Notes: generated by a model not told the origin, from the letters alone. DNA of 63,984 nucleotides, filler included, from Licmophora abbreviata (GCA_900291995.1; 12 parts of 12 records of this genome joined end to end with filler, not necessarily neighbours in it); one strand, 5' to 3'; shown: positions 48,316 to 60,546, counted from the first letter of the whole stretch. Made by a program: numbers and translations.

Positions 48316-49530
48316 TCAGTTCATTCTTGAAATCGACACATTGGGAAATCAAATGCAAAAGACTGAACTGTTCCGCATCCTCCACGAGTTCGCCATCGTT
48401 GTTACGCTTTGGATGCTTGGAATACTTTGCATGATTTGCTGGATTGACGAATCCCCTTTCCCAAAGAACCTGTTTCAATCCCTTTGGTTTGGTCCTCCCC
48501 ACTGTTTCGCGCGCATACAAAATTGCGCAAAAACGCACTCGTCCTGCCCGATTATAATGAGTGGCCTCTCGTTCGCCGGCTTACATCACCACCGAATTCT
48601 AATCCTCTCTCTTTCACAATATTAGGAAGGAACTCGAAATCATCGATGTGGAATTCAACCATTTGTACTCCATCCACAGTCTCGTAGCGGTATCCTCGAT
48701 TGTCTGCCTCATCGATCATTCCTTCTTCCCTCATCTTTTCCACTTTGTCCATTCTGAATTGCACCCAACGAAAGCACCGCCGCTCAAGTAGAGTCAAATA
48801 CTCTGTGGTGAACTTCACACGTTCGGCTACGACATCTTCACGCTCATGGCCGTCGACATAAAAAGATTTCCTTCTCGTTTCGTATTTGTAGCCGAGACGT
48901 TGCATCCACCGCAGTGCGGTTGATTGAGCCAGCGGCTTTTGCCTGTAACGATCCAACAATCCGTCAGGCATCAGCAGCAACGAGAGTCGGAACAATGGTA
49001 TTATTGAAAAACTCGACAATCATCCAAACAGTCAGATCAGCCAAGTTGGAGTTACAGTACACAAGCCACATCTCTTTTGCTTCCGGATACACGTCGAAGA
49101 ATGCTGCCACACTGTCTCTCCCAGAATGTGGTAGAGGGAACCATCCATCGCATGTTCGAAAAGTCATGTTCCATCGCATGATGGTCTCTGGGTTCGCCGC
49201 CATGTCGATACCAAACAAGCCGAGCAAACTTGATGCCTCGTCACAACAATCACGCCACGTCCATCCGTTCATGTGCTCCAAGGCCGTTTCGTAGGCCACA
49301 GCAAGATACATCGACTTTGACCGACAATCATCAAATTTGAATTGGGGCGTACATCCGTCTCCTGAGCCCCCGTATTCCTGCACAACATCTTTCCATCCGT
49401 CGATGTGTTTGGCGGCATTTCGCAGCCGTTGTAACCGCTCTTCTACTAATACTTCACGAACGGAATCAGCACACTTGGGGTTGTTGAGGAACAACTTCTT
49501 TGCTTTGCTGCTGTCGAAATAATCAACCAC
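48316..49530 (-). mobile_element. Degenerate DDE DNA-transposase relic (probably IS630/Tc1/mariner-related), frameshifted and internally deleted
   Basis: Fragments across frames: STALRWMQRLGY...FYVDGHEREDVVAER, LIIIGQDECVF...KQW (first Asp at about 48541), PKGLKQVLWERGF. No termini visible. Confidence 0.75.
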
Positions 49531-49683
49531 ATTGTTCTGTTGTTCCTGGGGCTGTTATGGTGGTGTGGGAGCTGCCGGTGTCANNNNNNNNNNNNNNNNN
49601 NNNNNNNNNNNNNNNNNNNNNNNNNNNTTAATTAATTAANNNNNNNNNNNNNNNNNNNNNNNNNNNNNNNNNNNNNNNNNNNN

Positions 49684-52574
49684 ACGCTGGGCACGACTTG
49701 TAAGATAGGATTGCTGCTTTGCATCATAGATAGGGATACCGTTGGTGATGGTCGTGCAGATTTTCTTGTTATATCTCTTGGAGAATCGCTGGGCTCGTGA
49801 CTCTCGGTGGGGGTCTTGCTTGGCTGGTTACTTGGCGACGTAGATTGACTTGGAGTAGAACTAGGCGCCAATGGATCAATGAAGCCGTCTGATGTGTTTC
49901 CTGATGCTGATGCGCCGTCAACAAGAGATGGTGCCGCTGCCAGAGGTGATTGGGTTGGTACGGCCTCACTCAATGGGGGCATTTTTGGGACTTCCTGGAT
50001 TTCTGTTGAAGGTGAGAGGCTTGGTGCGGCTTTAATAATTGGAGGCGTCGTCGGGATTTGGGGGAATTCCTCGGGGCCAGAGGATCCGGGTGCCGCGCAA
50101 TATGAGTAGCCATTGGGAACAATTACCACCTTAAATGGGCCTGTTTCCGCACCAGGACTGCCATCTACGGCTGAAGACTCGACAGGGCCCTTACGATCAT
50201 TATTGCTCTTGCTCTTGCTCTTGCTCTTGCCCTTAGAATCGGCACTGCCACTATGTTTTGCGGGCTTTGCTTTGCTTGACTTGCTCATGCCCATTCCCAG
50301 ATCGCGGTCGGCACGGGTCAGTGTTCCATCAAGCTCAAGACCGCGCCCTTTTCCTTTGACTCCTTTCCCCGTTTTTGAGATGGAGCCTTCTCCGTATTTG
50401 CTTGGGCTGCTACCCTCATCAGCAAGGAGACCGACGACATCGCTACACTGGAAAAGGTCTCCGATGGAATCGTAATCGGTGCCTTCACAAACAAACTGAA
50501 CTTCTGTGCATGCAGGATGGAATGAAGGCAGCACAATGAAATCGTCAACTGTCAACAGATCTTTGGTCAGCATCGTTTCAAAAGCGGTATCCGAGAGTTC
50601 TGTTCCGCCCTTGCTGTCTTTGCTCGACATCGACATCGACATTGACATGCTTTTTGGCATGCCCATCGACATGCCCAAGCTTCTCATGTCGAGTCGTTCA
50701 GTATGATAGCGGCGACCACGCGTCTCGCGCCAGTCCTGTCCTCTGGCGCCCACTCCATTTTTACTACCATCAGCTGGCACATTACGGTCAGCCTTAGCGT
50801 TTTTCGAGCCCTTGGGCGCACCTTTTTCGCTCTTAGAGGCTGCAGCAGCGGCACTAGGTGGTCGGAGAAGGCTCAAACTGAAGCTGATTTCATCGTAGAG
50901 ATTCTCACCCGGAAATTCGCAGCGGCAACGATACTCGAAATCACCTGATTCCTCGAAAGGTTCTCTTGACTCTCTTGGATTGGGCCTCCTCTCTATGGGC
51001 AGTCGGTGATNNNNNNNNNNNNNNNNNNNNNNNNNNNNNNNNNNNNNNNNNNNNTTAATTAATTAANNNNNNNNNNNNNNNNNNNNNNNNNNNNNNNNNN
51101 NNNNNNNNNNAGCAGCGGCACTAGGTGGTCGGAGAAGGCTCAAACTGAAGCTGATTTCATCGTAGAGATTCTCACCCGGAAATTCGCAGCGGCAACGATA
51201 CTCGAAATCACCTGATTCCTCGAAAGGTTCTCTTGACTCTCTTGGATTGGGCCTCCTCTCGTTCCGTTTCAGGTAGTCATCCTCCCCGCTTCCCTCATCA
51301 GAAGGATCTGTTGGCGTGCCATTGGAATTTGAGTCAACACTTGACAACGACTGCCCGGACGTATCTTGAGTCGTAACAGAGCTGACGGCTGAATTGTCGG
51401 ACGATGAAGCCGAGGAACTGTCGATACGAGAGCCACGCTCAGGTTCGGTTCGGGGTTTCCGTTCGCCTTCGTCGCTCTCACCCTCTTCATCATCAGTGAT
51501 GATCCCTGGCTTTGGGCGAGATGCGCGCACAATTCCTCTCAGACGATCGCGAATGCTGTGGCGGCCAGACGAGTCTTTGTTTCGGGGGGGTGGGCGGCCA
51601 GACTTGCGCGTGAACGTAGCGAGCGTATGTGTCCGAGCGGCAGTGGAATGATCGTCGTCTCTCGCTTGCTTCCCTGCCTTGGCAACCAGCGCCTCTGCCT
51701 GTTCGTTGATGGGCCTTGCCTTTGTCCTACGGCTTTCCTGAGCATCCAAGCCAGACTTTGGATACATCTTTTTCGTCATCGCGTCGAAGGTCTTCCACAC
51801 AACTGCTGCCACCCTGGTTGGGTGAAGGAGCTGCCATTTCTTTGAAGAAGGGGCGGCGCTGTCGCTTTTTTCCGTTTTCTTCTGGTCGTCGTTGGTTGTC
51901 TGGGAGCTTTGAGAAGAGGAGCCACTCGGAATCTTCTTTTGGGCAGAAGTGTCATCCTTGCAGCCGTGGCATTCCGAAATCTCTTCTCCTCCACCGTCCA
52001 CAGCAGAAACTACTTCTTCGGTCGTGTTGTCGCCAGCCGACTTGGGGTTGACAGACGAGTCAGATCCTGCTTCGGAGAACTCCAACCCATTCGCATCTGA
52101 GCTAGACTTATCTCCCTCCGTACCTCCATCCTTGTCACCGTTCACATCCACCAAGTCGTCTCCATGAACAGAGATATCCAAGTCCTTCTCTGGAGAGTTC
52201 TCGTCTTCTCCACTCCAGCGGACAGTGACGTCCCTTCCTTCTCCTGTACCGTCAAGAAGGAACGGCAAGTCCATATTGTCGACAGCCTCCTGGCCGACAC
52301 CATCTGGAGGGGGGTAAAGACCTTTCTTCGATGACACTACATCAGTTTCTTTCTCATGTCCGGAACCAGCTTTCTCCTTCTCCAAACGGTTCGACACTCG
52401 AGACATGAGCCTCGTGTAAGTTGTAACCTCCCTTTCGACCCCATGGCCGACTTCTTCGCCCTGTTTCGCTGCATCACCTCCAACCAGCAGCAAGAGCAAC
52501 GAAACACACAGCACCAGCACCTTCCCTCCACTGGAGGAGCGCCAATCGCTCGCGCTTGTCGCGACACGATGCAT
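49684..52574 (-). CDS. Large secreted Lys/Ser-rich silaffin-like/cell-surface protein (spans gap; 3' end missing)
   Basis: Signal-like VLVLCVSLLLLLVGGDA; ORFs 51063..52574 and 49632..50876 join through a duplicated about 150-nt overlap; KxxK clusters (SKSSKAK, SKGKSKSKSK), SMSMSMSM run, RGL/RDL sites and PS repeats. Confidence 0.7.
50988..51010 (+). other. Ion Torrent trP1 adapter left at contig end
   Basis: Exact CCTCTCTATGGGCAGTCGGTGAT, at the point where this contig diverges from its overlapping neighbour. Confidence 0.95.
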
Positions 52575-53021
52575 CCTATCACTTGCAATGCTTTCACTGC
52601 ACTATCCACCGCACTTGTTCGGTTGTAAGAAGATAGTCTTATCTCGATCGGTCTTGCAAAGAGAAGATCGAAATATTTTGTAATACAAGACGTTGAGTGT
52701 CTGGTGGTCGGTCATGCTATGAAAGCGCTTTTCGCCCTTTTGATTCTTATTCGTGTCTGTATTTTTATTATCTTATACGAAGTAAAAACTTGCGAGCCAA
52801 TGACTCACAAGGGATTTCAGGAATGACTCTTTTTGTCAGTTTGTCTGTGACGTTCTGTTGGAGCTCTGGCTCAGACCACAGACGCCCACGCCGACAACCG
52901 GCACACGGCCGCATGGACCAACGACCGACGATATCGCAGTGCATGAGAAATAGCGAAGAAGTATACTTGTATATGCCAGCATCACCCTGGCACCCTGGAT
53001 TTTCATTCCTGTTTCTCTGAT

Positions 53022-53672
53022 ATGCCAGGCAATTCATTGGTCGCGAGGAACTCCGAATCTCTGGTCTGGGTGAACACCAGCGGGAAGACATGTCACGCTG
53101 CCTTCTTGAGCCAGAATGCTCCTTCGATCCTGACAGACGATGGCATTCGCATGATACAGGTGAGATGGAGTGCCTCTGAGAAACTAGAATTCGTTCCGGA
53201 GGAATCATTGGAAAGGGATTCTACTAAATCGAGGAGAAAGGAAAAGTGCCCGTCCTACTTCAAACCAGAGGAACCGGTGCGGACAGCGGCAAAGAAACGA
53301 TCACAGGAGATATCTCCATCCCCGTGGTATCGTCGGACAGAGGACACCACCTCAAAGCCCCTGGAAATCGTAAAACCTTTCAAGTCTTCCAAGATTGTAT
53401 CAATCGTGGCACCATCGGATGCGAATCCCTCGCCTCCGGAGCCGACATCCGGTCGCCCTGTGCGACGCAACGTGAGACAGTCGAAGGTTTCGAGGACGAG
53501 GAAACACACAAAGCCCATGGTGCGGGGACGACCGGGAAGAGCGAAACGGTGTCGATCCGACGGGCAGCGGATTGGAGGTTGGACATTGGATCAGCTGGAT
53601 CTCGTTCGACAATTGAAAGGGAACACAGTGGCGTTCATATCGAAGATATCCGACGAGCGCAGTGCCCCATGA
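53022..53672 (+). CDS. Hypothetical basic protein
   Basis: ATG-started 216-aa ORF; short beta-rich N-terminal part and Lys/Arg-rich tail; no family recognised. Confidence 0.45.
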   Translation: MPGNSLVARNSESLVWVNTSGKTCHAAFLSQNAPSILTDDGIRMIQVRWSASEKLEFVPEESLERDSTKSRRKEKCPSYFKPEEPVRTAAKKRSQEISPSPWYRRTEDTTSKPLEIVKPFKSSKIVSIVAPSDANPSPPEPTSGRPVRRNVRQSKVSRTRKHTKPMVRGRPGRAKRCRSDGQRIGGWTLDQLDLVRQLKGNTVAFISKISDERSAP

Positions 53673-53802
53673 AAGAACCAAAGCAGTAGCCGGTACGAGT
53701 AAATTACAGATGATGAGAAATGGCATGTACACTTATAATAAGATCGAACTATCGATATTGTAGGAGCACGTCCCTGCAATTGCAAAGCTTTCGGCGAAAA
53801 AA

Positions 53803-56526
53803 TTAAGCGTAGTCGGCAAACGCCTTGCGTTCTTGATCTGCAAGGCGTTCGTCCGTACCCAAAAGAGCCGGTCGGACATAATCCTTCTGGGACTCTTCCG
53901 TAGTGAGATTTTCAAACACATCAACCTGCACGAGAACATCACGCAATGCCTCCGCCTTGGCAAGCTTGTCGGCCTCCTCGGGAGTGGGCTGTCTCTTGTC
54001 ACGGCGAAGAGTCGAAGCAATCTTGTCCGCCTCGACACAGATTGGAAGGGCGCGAATCAAATCAGACGACTGATGCATGCTTCCCTCGGGAGCCATGTAG
54101 ATATTCTCCTCGAACATGCCGCGCAGCTCGGAGGGATTCGTGATCATTCGCGAGAGCTCTTTCGTCAAAGTATCATTAGGCTCCAAGTAGGGACGAGACA
54201 AGTTTCCGAGTGGGAAGCATCCCATTTTCATCACTGTGCTGGCAACCCCTCCGAGTGGACCTGGGAAGTTATCGGAGGCAGACTTAAGGGCATCCTGCGC
54301 TTCCTTCTCCAATCGAAGCATGGCATGTTCTGTCACTGTTTCCAGTCCCTTGATCCCGCGACGACGCGAGTAATGGTGCAGCGTGGCGTATCCGAGAAAG
54401 ATCGCACCGAGGGCATCCGAGAGACGTCCCATTAGTAGTTCCTCAAACTTGAGCCTTCCACCGAGAGTAAAGCATAGATCTGCCGTCAAGGCGAAATTGG
54501 CGGAAAGACGGAGTAGCTGCTTCTCGTGGTAGTCGAGCAACTTGTCACCATCTTTGTACGCGTTCTTTGAGCGGAACATTGTAGAGAAAGTCGATCGGAG
54601 TCCTCGAGTGATGGATCCCGAAAAGTTGGTAAGACCATGACCGACAACCTTGTAGAACTGGCGGTTGAAAATCTCCACAGCCTTCTTCTCTTCCGACTGA
54701 GGCATCTGGAGCGAGTTAATCAGTTCGAGCATATGGGGGTGGCACCTCGTCAATCCCTGTCCAATAATCTGGAAAGAACGAGTCATGATGTTTGCGCCCT
54801 CCACCGTGATGGCGATGGGCAGACTCATGTACGCATTCCCAATATAATTCATATCGCCACGGCAAATCGCCGATCCTGCCGCGATGTCCATTCCTTGCTC
54901 AACAATACGACGACCACGTTCAGTGCAGTTCTGCTTCATGACCGAAGAAATCACCATGGGAGCCTCGTGATTGTCAACGATCGCATTCATGAGGTCGGTA
55001 CCACCAATTGTAATGACACCATCACTTGCCGCGTTGGCAAGGGCTGTGGCGTACAAGGCCGCATGTTCCACAAAGTTAGCTCCAGAAGAGAACCGCAGTG
55101 TGGATCAAAATTCCATTTCATGTCACTCACCTTCCTGAATTCCACCAAACTCGGCAATGGGCACTCTGAACTGCTTTCGGATACGCGAGTAGGCGCCAAC
55201 TCCAGCTGCTACCCCGCGTGCGGCTCCGACGCTCCCCGCCGGCAAACTCACGCCACGACCTTCGGCCAGACATTCGACAAACATATGCCAACCAAAGCCA
55301 CATCGTTCCTGTCCGCCAAGAATGGAAGCCATGGGGATCCAAACGTCCTCGCCTTCCACAGTTCCGTTCATAAATGCTGCATTGAGCGGCATGTGACGAG
55401 GGCCCATGCGCAGTCCAGGATGGTTTCTCCTGTGAAAAAAGAGAGCGAAGGAAATGAATAAGCAGAATGAATCAACCAGAGGCATGGCAAACGTTGTTGC
55501 ACGAGGTCACGACTTACTCCAAAAGAGCCACGGTGAAACCTTCTTCTCCCTGTCCTTTGAGCAAGTTGTCTGGATCCGCCAGGTTGAGTCCAATTCCTAC
55601 GACACCAGCGACCGGAGCAAGAGTGATGTATCTCTTCTTGAAAGACGCCACAACACCAAGCTCCCCGTTTCTCTCCTGCACGACGCAGTCGCTTTGAATG
55701 AGAGAAGTCGCGTCGCTTCCGGAATGAGGTCCCGTCAGACCAAAGCAGGGAATGAGGGTGCCATCTGCAAGTCGCGGAAGGAAATACTCTTTTTGATCCT
55801 GCGTGCCGTAACGGGCTAGGAGTTCACCAGGTCCGAGAGAGTTGGGAACAGCAACGGTGGCATTGGCATCAAAACAATGAGTGGCAAGCTTGGAAAGCAC
55901 CTGGGACACTGCCTGGGTGCTGAATCCGAGGCCTCCCCACTCCTTGGGGATCTTCATGGCGAAAAACGTTNNNNNNNNNNNNNNNNNNNNNNNNNNNNNN
56001 NNNNNNNNNNNNNNTTAATTAATTAANNNNNNNNNNNNNNNNNNNNNNNNNNNNNNNNNNNNNNNNNNNNGGCGAAAAAACGTTCGTCGCGCATGTAATC
56101 CCAGGCTTCCTTGGAAAAATCCTTCTTCACAGAAACGTCGTGATCGTTAAGGAGTGCGCAAAGGCCGTCGACCTGGTTGTCAATAAACGACTGCTCTTCG
56201 GCAGTGAGTTTCGGCTGGTACGTGTCAAGAAGCTTCTGGAGCGAAGGACTGCCTCCAAAAATATCTCGGTCAAAGCCAATGGTACCACAGCCGAGCGCAA
56301 TCTGCTCAGTCTTGGAGATGGCCGGCATGACTCCCTTGGCGAGGCGGTAGATGCGCTTGTCGATGGCGTGGGAGAGTCCCAGAATGGATCGAGACTGCTG
56401 AAGCTGGTGGCTCGTCATCGAGTTACGACCCAAGGAACGGACGTTCGAGGCCGTCACAGACGCGGCTCTGGCCCCGGCCTTGACGGTGTACGGCGTGACG
56501 CCTTTGTTGAGCATCATGGTGGTCAT
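53803..56526 (-). CDS. fadE: FadE-type acyl-CoA dehydrogenase with DUF1974-like C-terminus and probable mitochondrial presequence (split by gap)
   Basis: Introns 55044..55130 and 55430..55517; contigs overlap at GGCGAAAAA(A)CGTT. MPAISKTEQIAL, VPNSLGPGELL, CFGLTGPHSGSDA, KRYITLAP, CLAEGRGVSLP, ITVEGANIMTRS, LMGRLSD. Confidence 0.9.
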
Positions 56527-57195
56527 CTGTATAAGATCTGGGAGGAAAAGAAGGGTCAGAACGGAAGATTCCGTGCAAAGAGCCATCATCTTCACTCGAG
56601 CTCGAACCGAACCTCCAGACAAGGCCACGCGCTCTGAGCAAAGACTATTGCGTCACTCTCCAAGAGCACAGCTTCATGATATCATCCTCTCTTACCAGGG
56701 AAAGCTTCAGCGACGCGTCTAGGAACGAGTGGGGTCTTGACTCGATCGTTGGGTGCGTTTTGTGTTTTGTGTGATTGATGCGGGAAGTTGCCCAAACTTC
56801 AAAACTGGAAAAAAAGAGAAGAACAGAACAGCTTTTTTCGTTATCCATGTGACGTGAAATTGCGAACCCGAGGTGTCAACTTCGGTGACGCGCCAGCGTT
56901 CGGACTGAGTCATGTGTATGTCGTCATTCGTGACTGAATCAAGACTCTCGAACAGGCTTGCTCGCACGCCGGCCGATGATCCGATTCATCCACGGCTACG
57001 TCTTCGACTTGTATTTTATTCATTCATTCGTCGCTCGCACGGAACCAACTGATGTCAATTGTCACATTCGATGCTCCTCCACTCTACTTCATACTATTTG
57101 AAAAAGCGCAAAGATAACGAAAATGACACTGAATCGTATTGTACGGTTATAATTATATTATGTGAAACAAGCAGACAACTGGCGCCTCGACACCT

Positions 57196-58520
57196 TCACT
57201 CTCTGGGCCTCAAACGTCGCCGATCGCCACCGGACCTCAGCCACGGAGCATCCCCAGACACAATTCCATCCGCCTTGTCTCTGGCCCATTTGGCCATCTT
57301 TCCCCATGTGTCTTCAAACTTTGGGCAGCCAACACAGTTTCCCTTCTGCTCAAGATTCTTTATTTCGACGTGGCCGTCGTACTTCACTTCCACGTCGACC
57401 ACAGGGCCATTGCATATGTTGATGAGATCGGCTTTCATTTTGGTCTGAACATACTCCTCGAGAAGCACCTGGTATGAACGTATTTCTTCCCATACAACCG
57501 TTTTGTCCTTGTACTTGCCGCTGTCGGGTTTCAACCTCAAATGACGGCCCGAAGGTACTCGCCCAATTGACCTTGACGTTGTCGTAGTGTAGGACGACCC
57601 TCCATTATGAGTTACAAAGGTGTCATCTGTTTCGAACAGCAGTCGAGACTCAAGGCCATTGAACTCCATGTCATCTATCGTCACCGAATTCTCAAATGAC
57701 AGGAACTGAACTACATCCCCATCACTGTTTGCCAACAGAAGACCACTGTCTTTTTTGAAGTCCTTCCAGTCTGGTGTTCGGTCTTTCTTCAGATAGTAGA
57801 CGTCGTAGCCCGAATCAGTTCCTTTTATGTTTCCAAGAGAGTACTCTTCCTCCTTTTCGCCATCATCGGCATAGACGATTACTCGATAGTCAGAGACATC
57901 ATGATTCTCGGGAACTGCGACTTCAATGAAGTTGCGATCCTCGTATTCGAATTCAGAGAGGAATCCAACTGGAGTCCTCGCCATGTAGTCATCAGTTTGA
58001 AACGCACCGGGAGTTGCTTCTTCCCAAGTCGTTTTGATATACGTCGTACCATCATCAGTGTAGAAAGGACCATCTGATGATGATAAGCTCCTACGGTCTT
58101 CTGAGCTCCCCTCCGATGAGCTCCCCTCTTCTGAGCTCCCTTCTTCTGAGCTCCCCTCAGCTGAGCTCTCACCTGATGAGCTCCCGCTTGATGAGCTCTG
58201 AGCAACAATTGTAGAGCCACCTAGGCCCTGGGCCGGGCCTTCGATAGCATAAACAGAGTCGTAGAGTGATATGAACTGGTCGACGTCGTTGGCCCCATCA
58301 ATCAAAGCAATGCCGTCGCTCTTTTTCAGTTTATCGAACCCTGGCGTTCTTGCCTCGTTGATTAGGTACAGGTCTTTTGTGTTTCTAGTCCTGATAACGG
58401 ATCCGAGACCGTACGTAGCCTCGAGTTCTCCGTCTTTGTCGTAGATTTTCAACGTGTGCGACGAAGCGTCGGTTCCGGTGGGAAACACAACTTCGATGAA
58501 ATCCTGGTCAAGCCCACTCT
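57196..58520 (-). CDS. Partial secreted-type protein with two lamin-tail-like (bacterial LTD-type) repeats and a Ser/Glu/Gly linker
   Basis: Two copies of FIEV..P...D.S....+Y..DG.....Y.LG...DG+.L.....+V.QF+S; 5' end lost in gap; RRSL, RHL and RRL motifs. Confidence 0.7.
58082..58200 (-). repeat. Imperfect 15-nt coding tandem repeat (GAGCTC core) encoding (GSSEE)n-like units
   Basis: GAGCTC recurs every 15 nt from 58103 to 58198. Confidence 0.85.
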
Positions 58521-58620
58521 NNNNNNNNNNNNNNNNNNNNNNNNNNNNNNNNNNNNNNNNNNNNTTAATTAATTAANNNNNNNNNNNNNNNNNNNNNNNN
58601 NNNNNNNNNNNNNNNNNNNN

Positions 58621-59726
58621 TCGTCCAAACGGATACCGAATCCAGCCGGCATTCGGAATACATCGATCGTTCCAGTATCGGGGAGGAAGTTCTGGGAAAA
58701 GAGTGGAAATAATAGTGTGAGCGGCTATAATAAAAAAAGTCCTTGATCCGCAAGCCTTCATACATACCTTGGACGGGTCCTCGGTCGTCACACGGCACTG
58801 CATGGCGAAACCGTTGGGCTCCGGAATTTGATCCTGAGTCAAGCCAAGCTCCGGCAACGTCTTACCAGACGCAATCATGATTTGCGTCTGCACAATATCC
58901 ACACCACTAATCTCCTCCGTTACGGTATGCTCCACCTGTACACGAGGGTTCACTTCCATAAAGTAATGCTGTCCTTTCTTGTCGACGAGGAACTCGACAG
59001 TTCCAGCATTTCGATAATTGGCTCCAGCGAGCAGGTCGACTGCGTTGTTGAGAATCGCGCTCCTCGTCGAGTCCGACAAATCCTGGGCGGGGGCCGTTTC
59101 AATCACCTTTTGGTGCCGACGTTGAACAGAGCAGTCACGATCCCAGAGGTGAACCACGTTGCCTGTGCCGTCACCCAAGCACTGTACTTCAACGTGACGA
59201 GGGCACTCTACATACTTTTCGACAAAGCAACGGCCGTCTCCGAACGCCTTCAAGGCCTCGTTGGAAGCCTGCGTGAACATGGGCTCAAGATCCGCTTCCG
59301 TGGGAACGATGCGAATACCACGACCTCCACCACCCATGGCAGCCTTGACAATGACGGGGTAGTCACACTTGTTGGCGGGATTGTCGATGTAGCCGCGAGC
59401 TTCCGAGACAGTTGCGAAAGCATCTTCAGATCCCGGTACCACAGGAATGCCCGCTGCAATGGCCATTTCACGAGCCATAGTCTTGTCTCCAAAGGCAGTC
59501 AGGTTCTCTACTGTCGGGCCTACAAAAGTAATACCGTTGGTCTCCAGGGAACGAGCAAACTCCTTGTTTTCTGAGAGGAATCCGTAGCCAGGATGTACCG
59601 CCTCGACGCCATTTTGCATGCATATCTTCACTATTCCCTCAATATCAAGATAGGCTGCAACAGGTGACTTCTCAGAATCCAATAGAAAGGCCTGGTCGGC
59701 CTTGTAGCGATGCTGCGTGAAGCGAT
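58621..59726 (-). CDS. PYC: Pyruvate carboxylase, biotin carboxylase domain (internal fragment)
   Basis: Exons 58768..59726 and <58621..58691. HRYKADQ, HPGYGFLSEN, GGGGRGIR, RDCSVQRRHQKV, EVNPRVQVEHTVTE, QCRVTTEDP...NFLPDTG...GIRLD. Confidence 0.92.
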
Positions 59727-59959
59727 CTGAGAGTTCAAGAAGAAGTTGACGATGGTGAGAACGCGGTTTCTACGCAAAGATACTACGGGGCTCCTCGTAG
59801 GCGCAAAAAGATACGCTGGAAGGGAATCTCTCAAATCAAAACTGTTTGTCGATTCCGTANNNNNNNNNNNNNNNNNNNNNNNNNNNNNNNNNNNNNNNNN
59901 NNNTTAATTAATTAANNNNNNNNNNNNNNNNNNNNNNNNNNNNNNNNNNNNNNNNNNNN

Positions 59960-60155
59960 CGGTCATCTTGGTTCGAGTCTGGCCATCATCACTCGGCCGC
60001 TTCCTCTGCACACCGGGAGCGAGGGCAAGAGGGGCCTTCTCATCGATCTTCGTTTTCGAGTTGATGGCGATGCTGCCTCTTCCCGGCTGTTTGGAGGCAT
60101 CGTCCTCGGCGTCCTCTTCAAGGCGACCCCGTTTGTTGGTGCCAGAGTTTGACAT
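59960..60155 (-). CDS. 5' coding fragment running into gap, possibly the N-terminal extension of the pyruvate carboxylase
   Basis: ATG at 60155 (MSNSGTNKRGR...); same strand as PYC and directly upstream in contig order. Confidence 0.4.
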
Positions 60156-60546
60156 TACGGAGGGCGAAATTCTGTGGGACACTCTCCCTACTCGTACTTG
60201 GTACCCAGAGATTGTGGTGCGTGGCGCGTGTTGTGTTTGCCGCTATGTTTCACCTTTGTCAACGCGTATTCGTCCTGATGACGTCATACACAGGAAGAAC
60301 ACTGGTGCATACAGGAGCACATGTGCTCCTGGGTGCATAGCGCGAGACCGCTTGTGAAAGCTCTTTTTGGGGCTTGAGAGCCGTGTTCTTCACACTCTCT
60401 CTTCGAAACCAGCTTAGTCCGTGTGTCGTTGCATCTTCGGAAGCTGTCGATCGTGTCGTCAGCAGTACGATACAGAGAGATGTTGTAGTTTTTACATGTG
60501 AATGTTGTTGTACTAATAAATGGATGCGATCGTATGAACTCTCATC

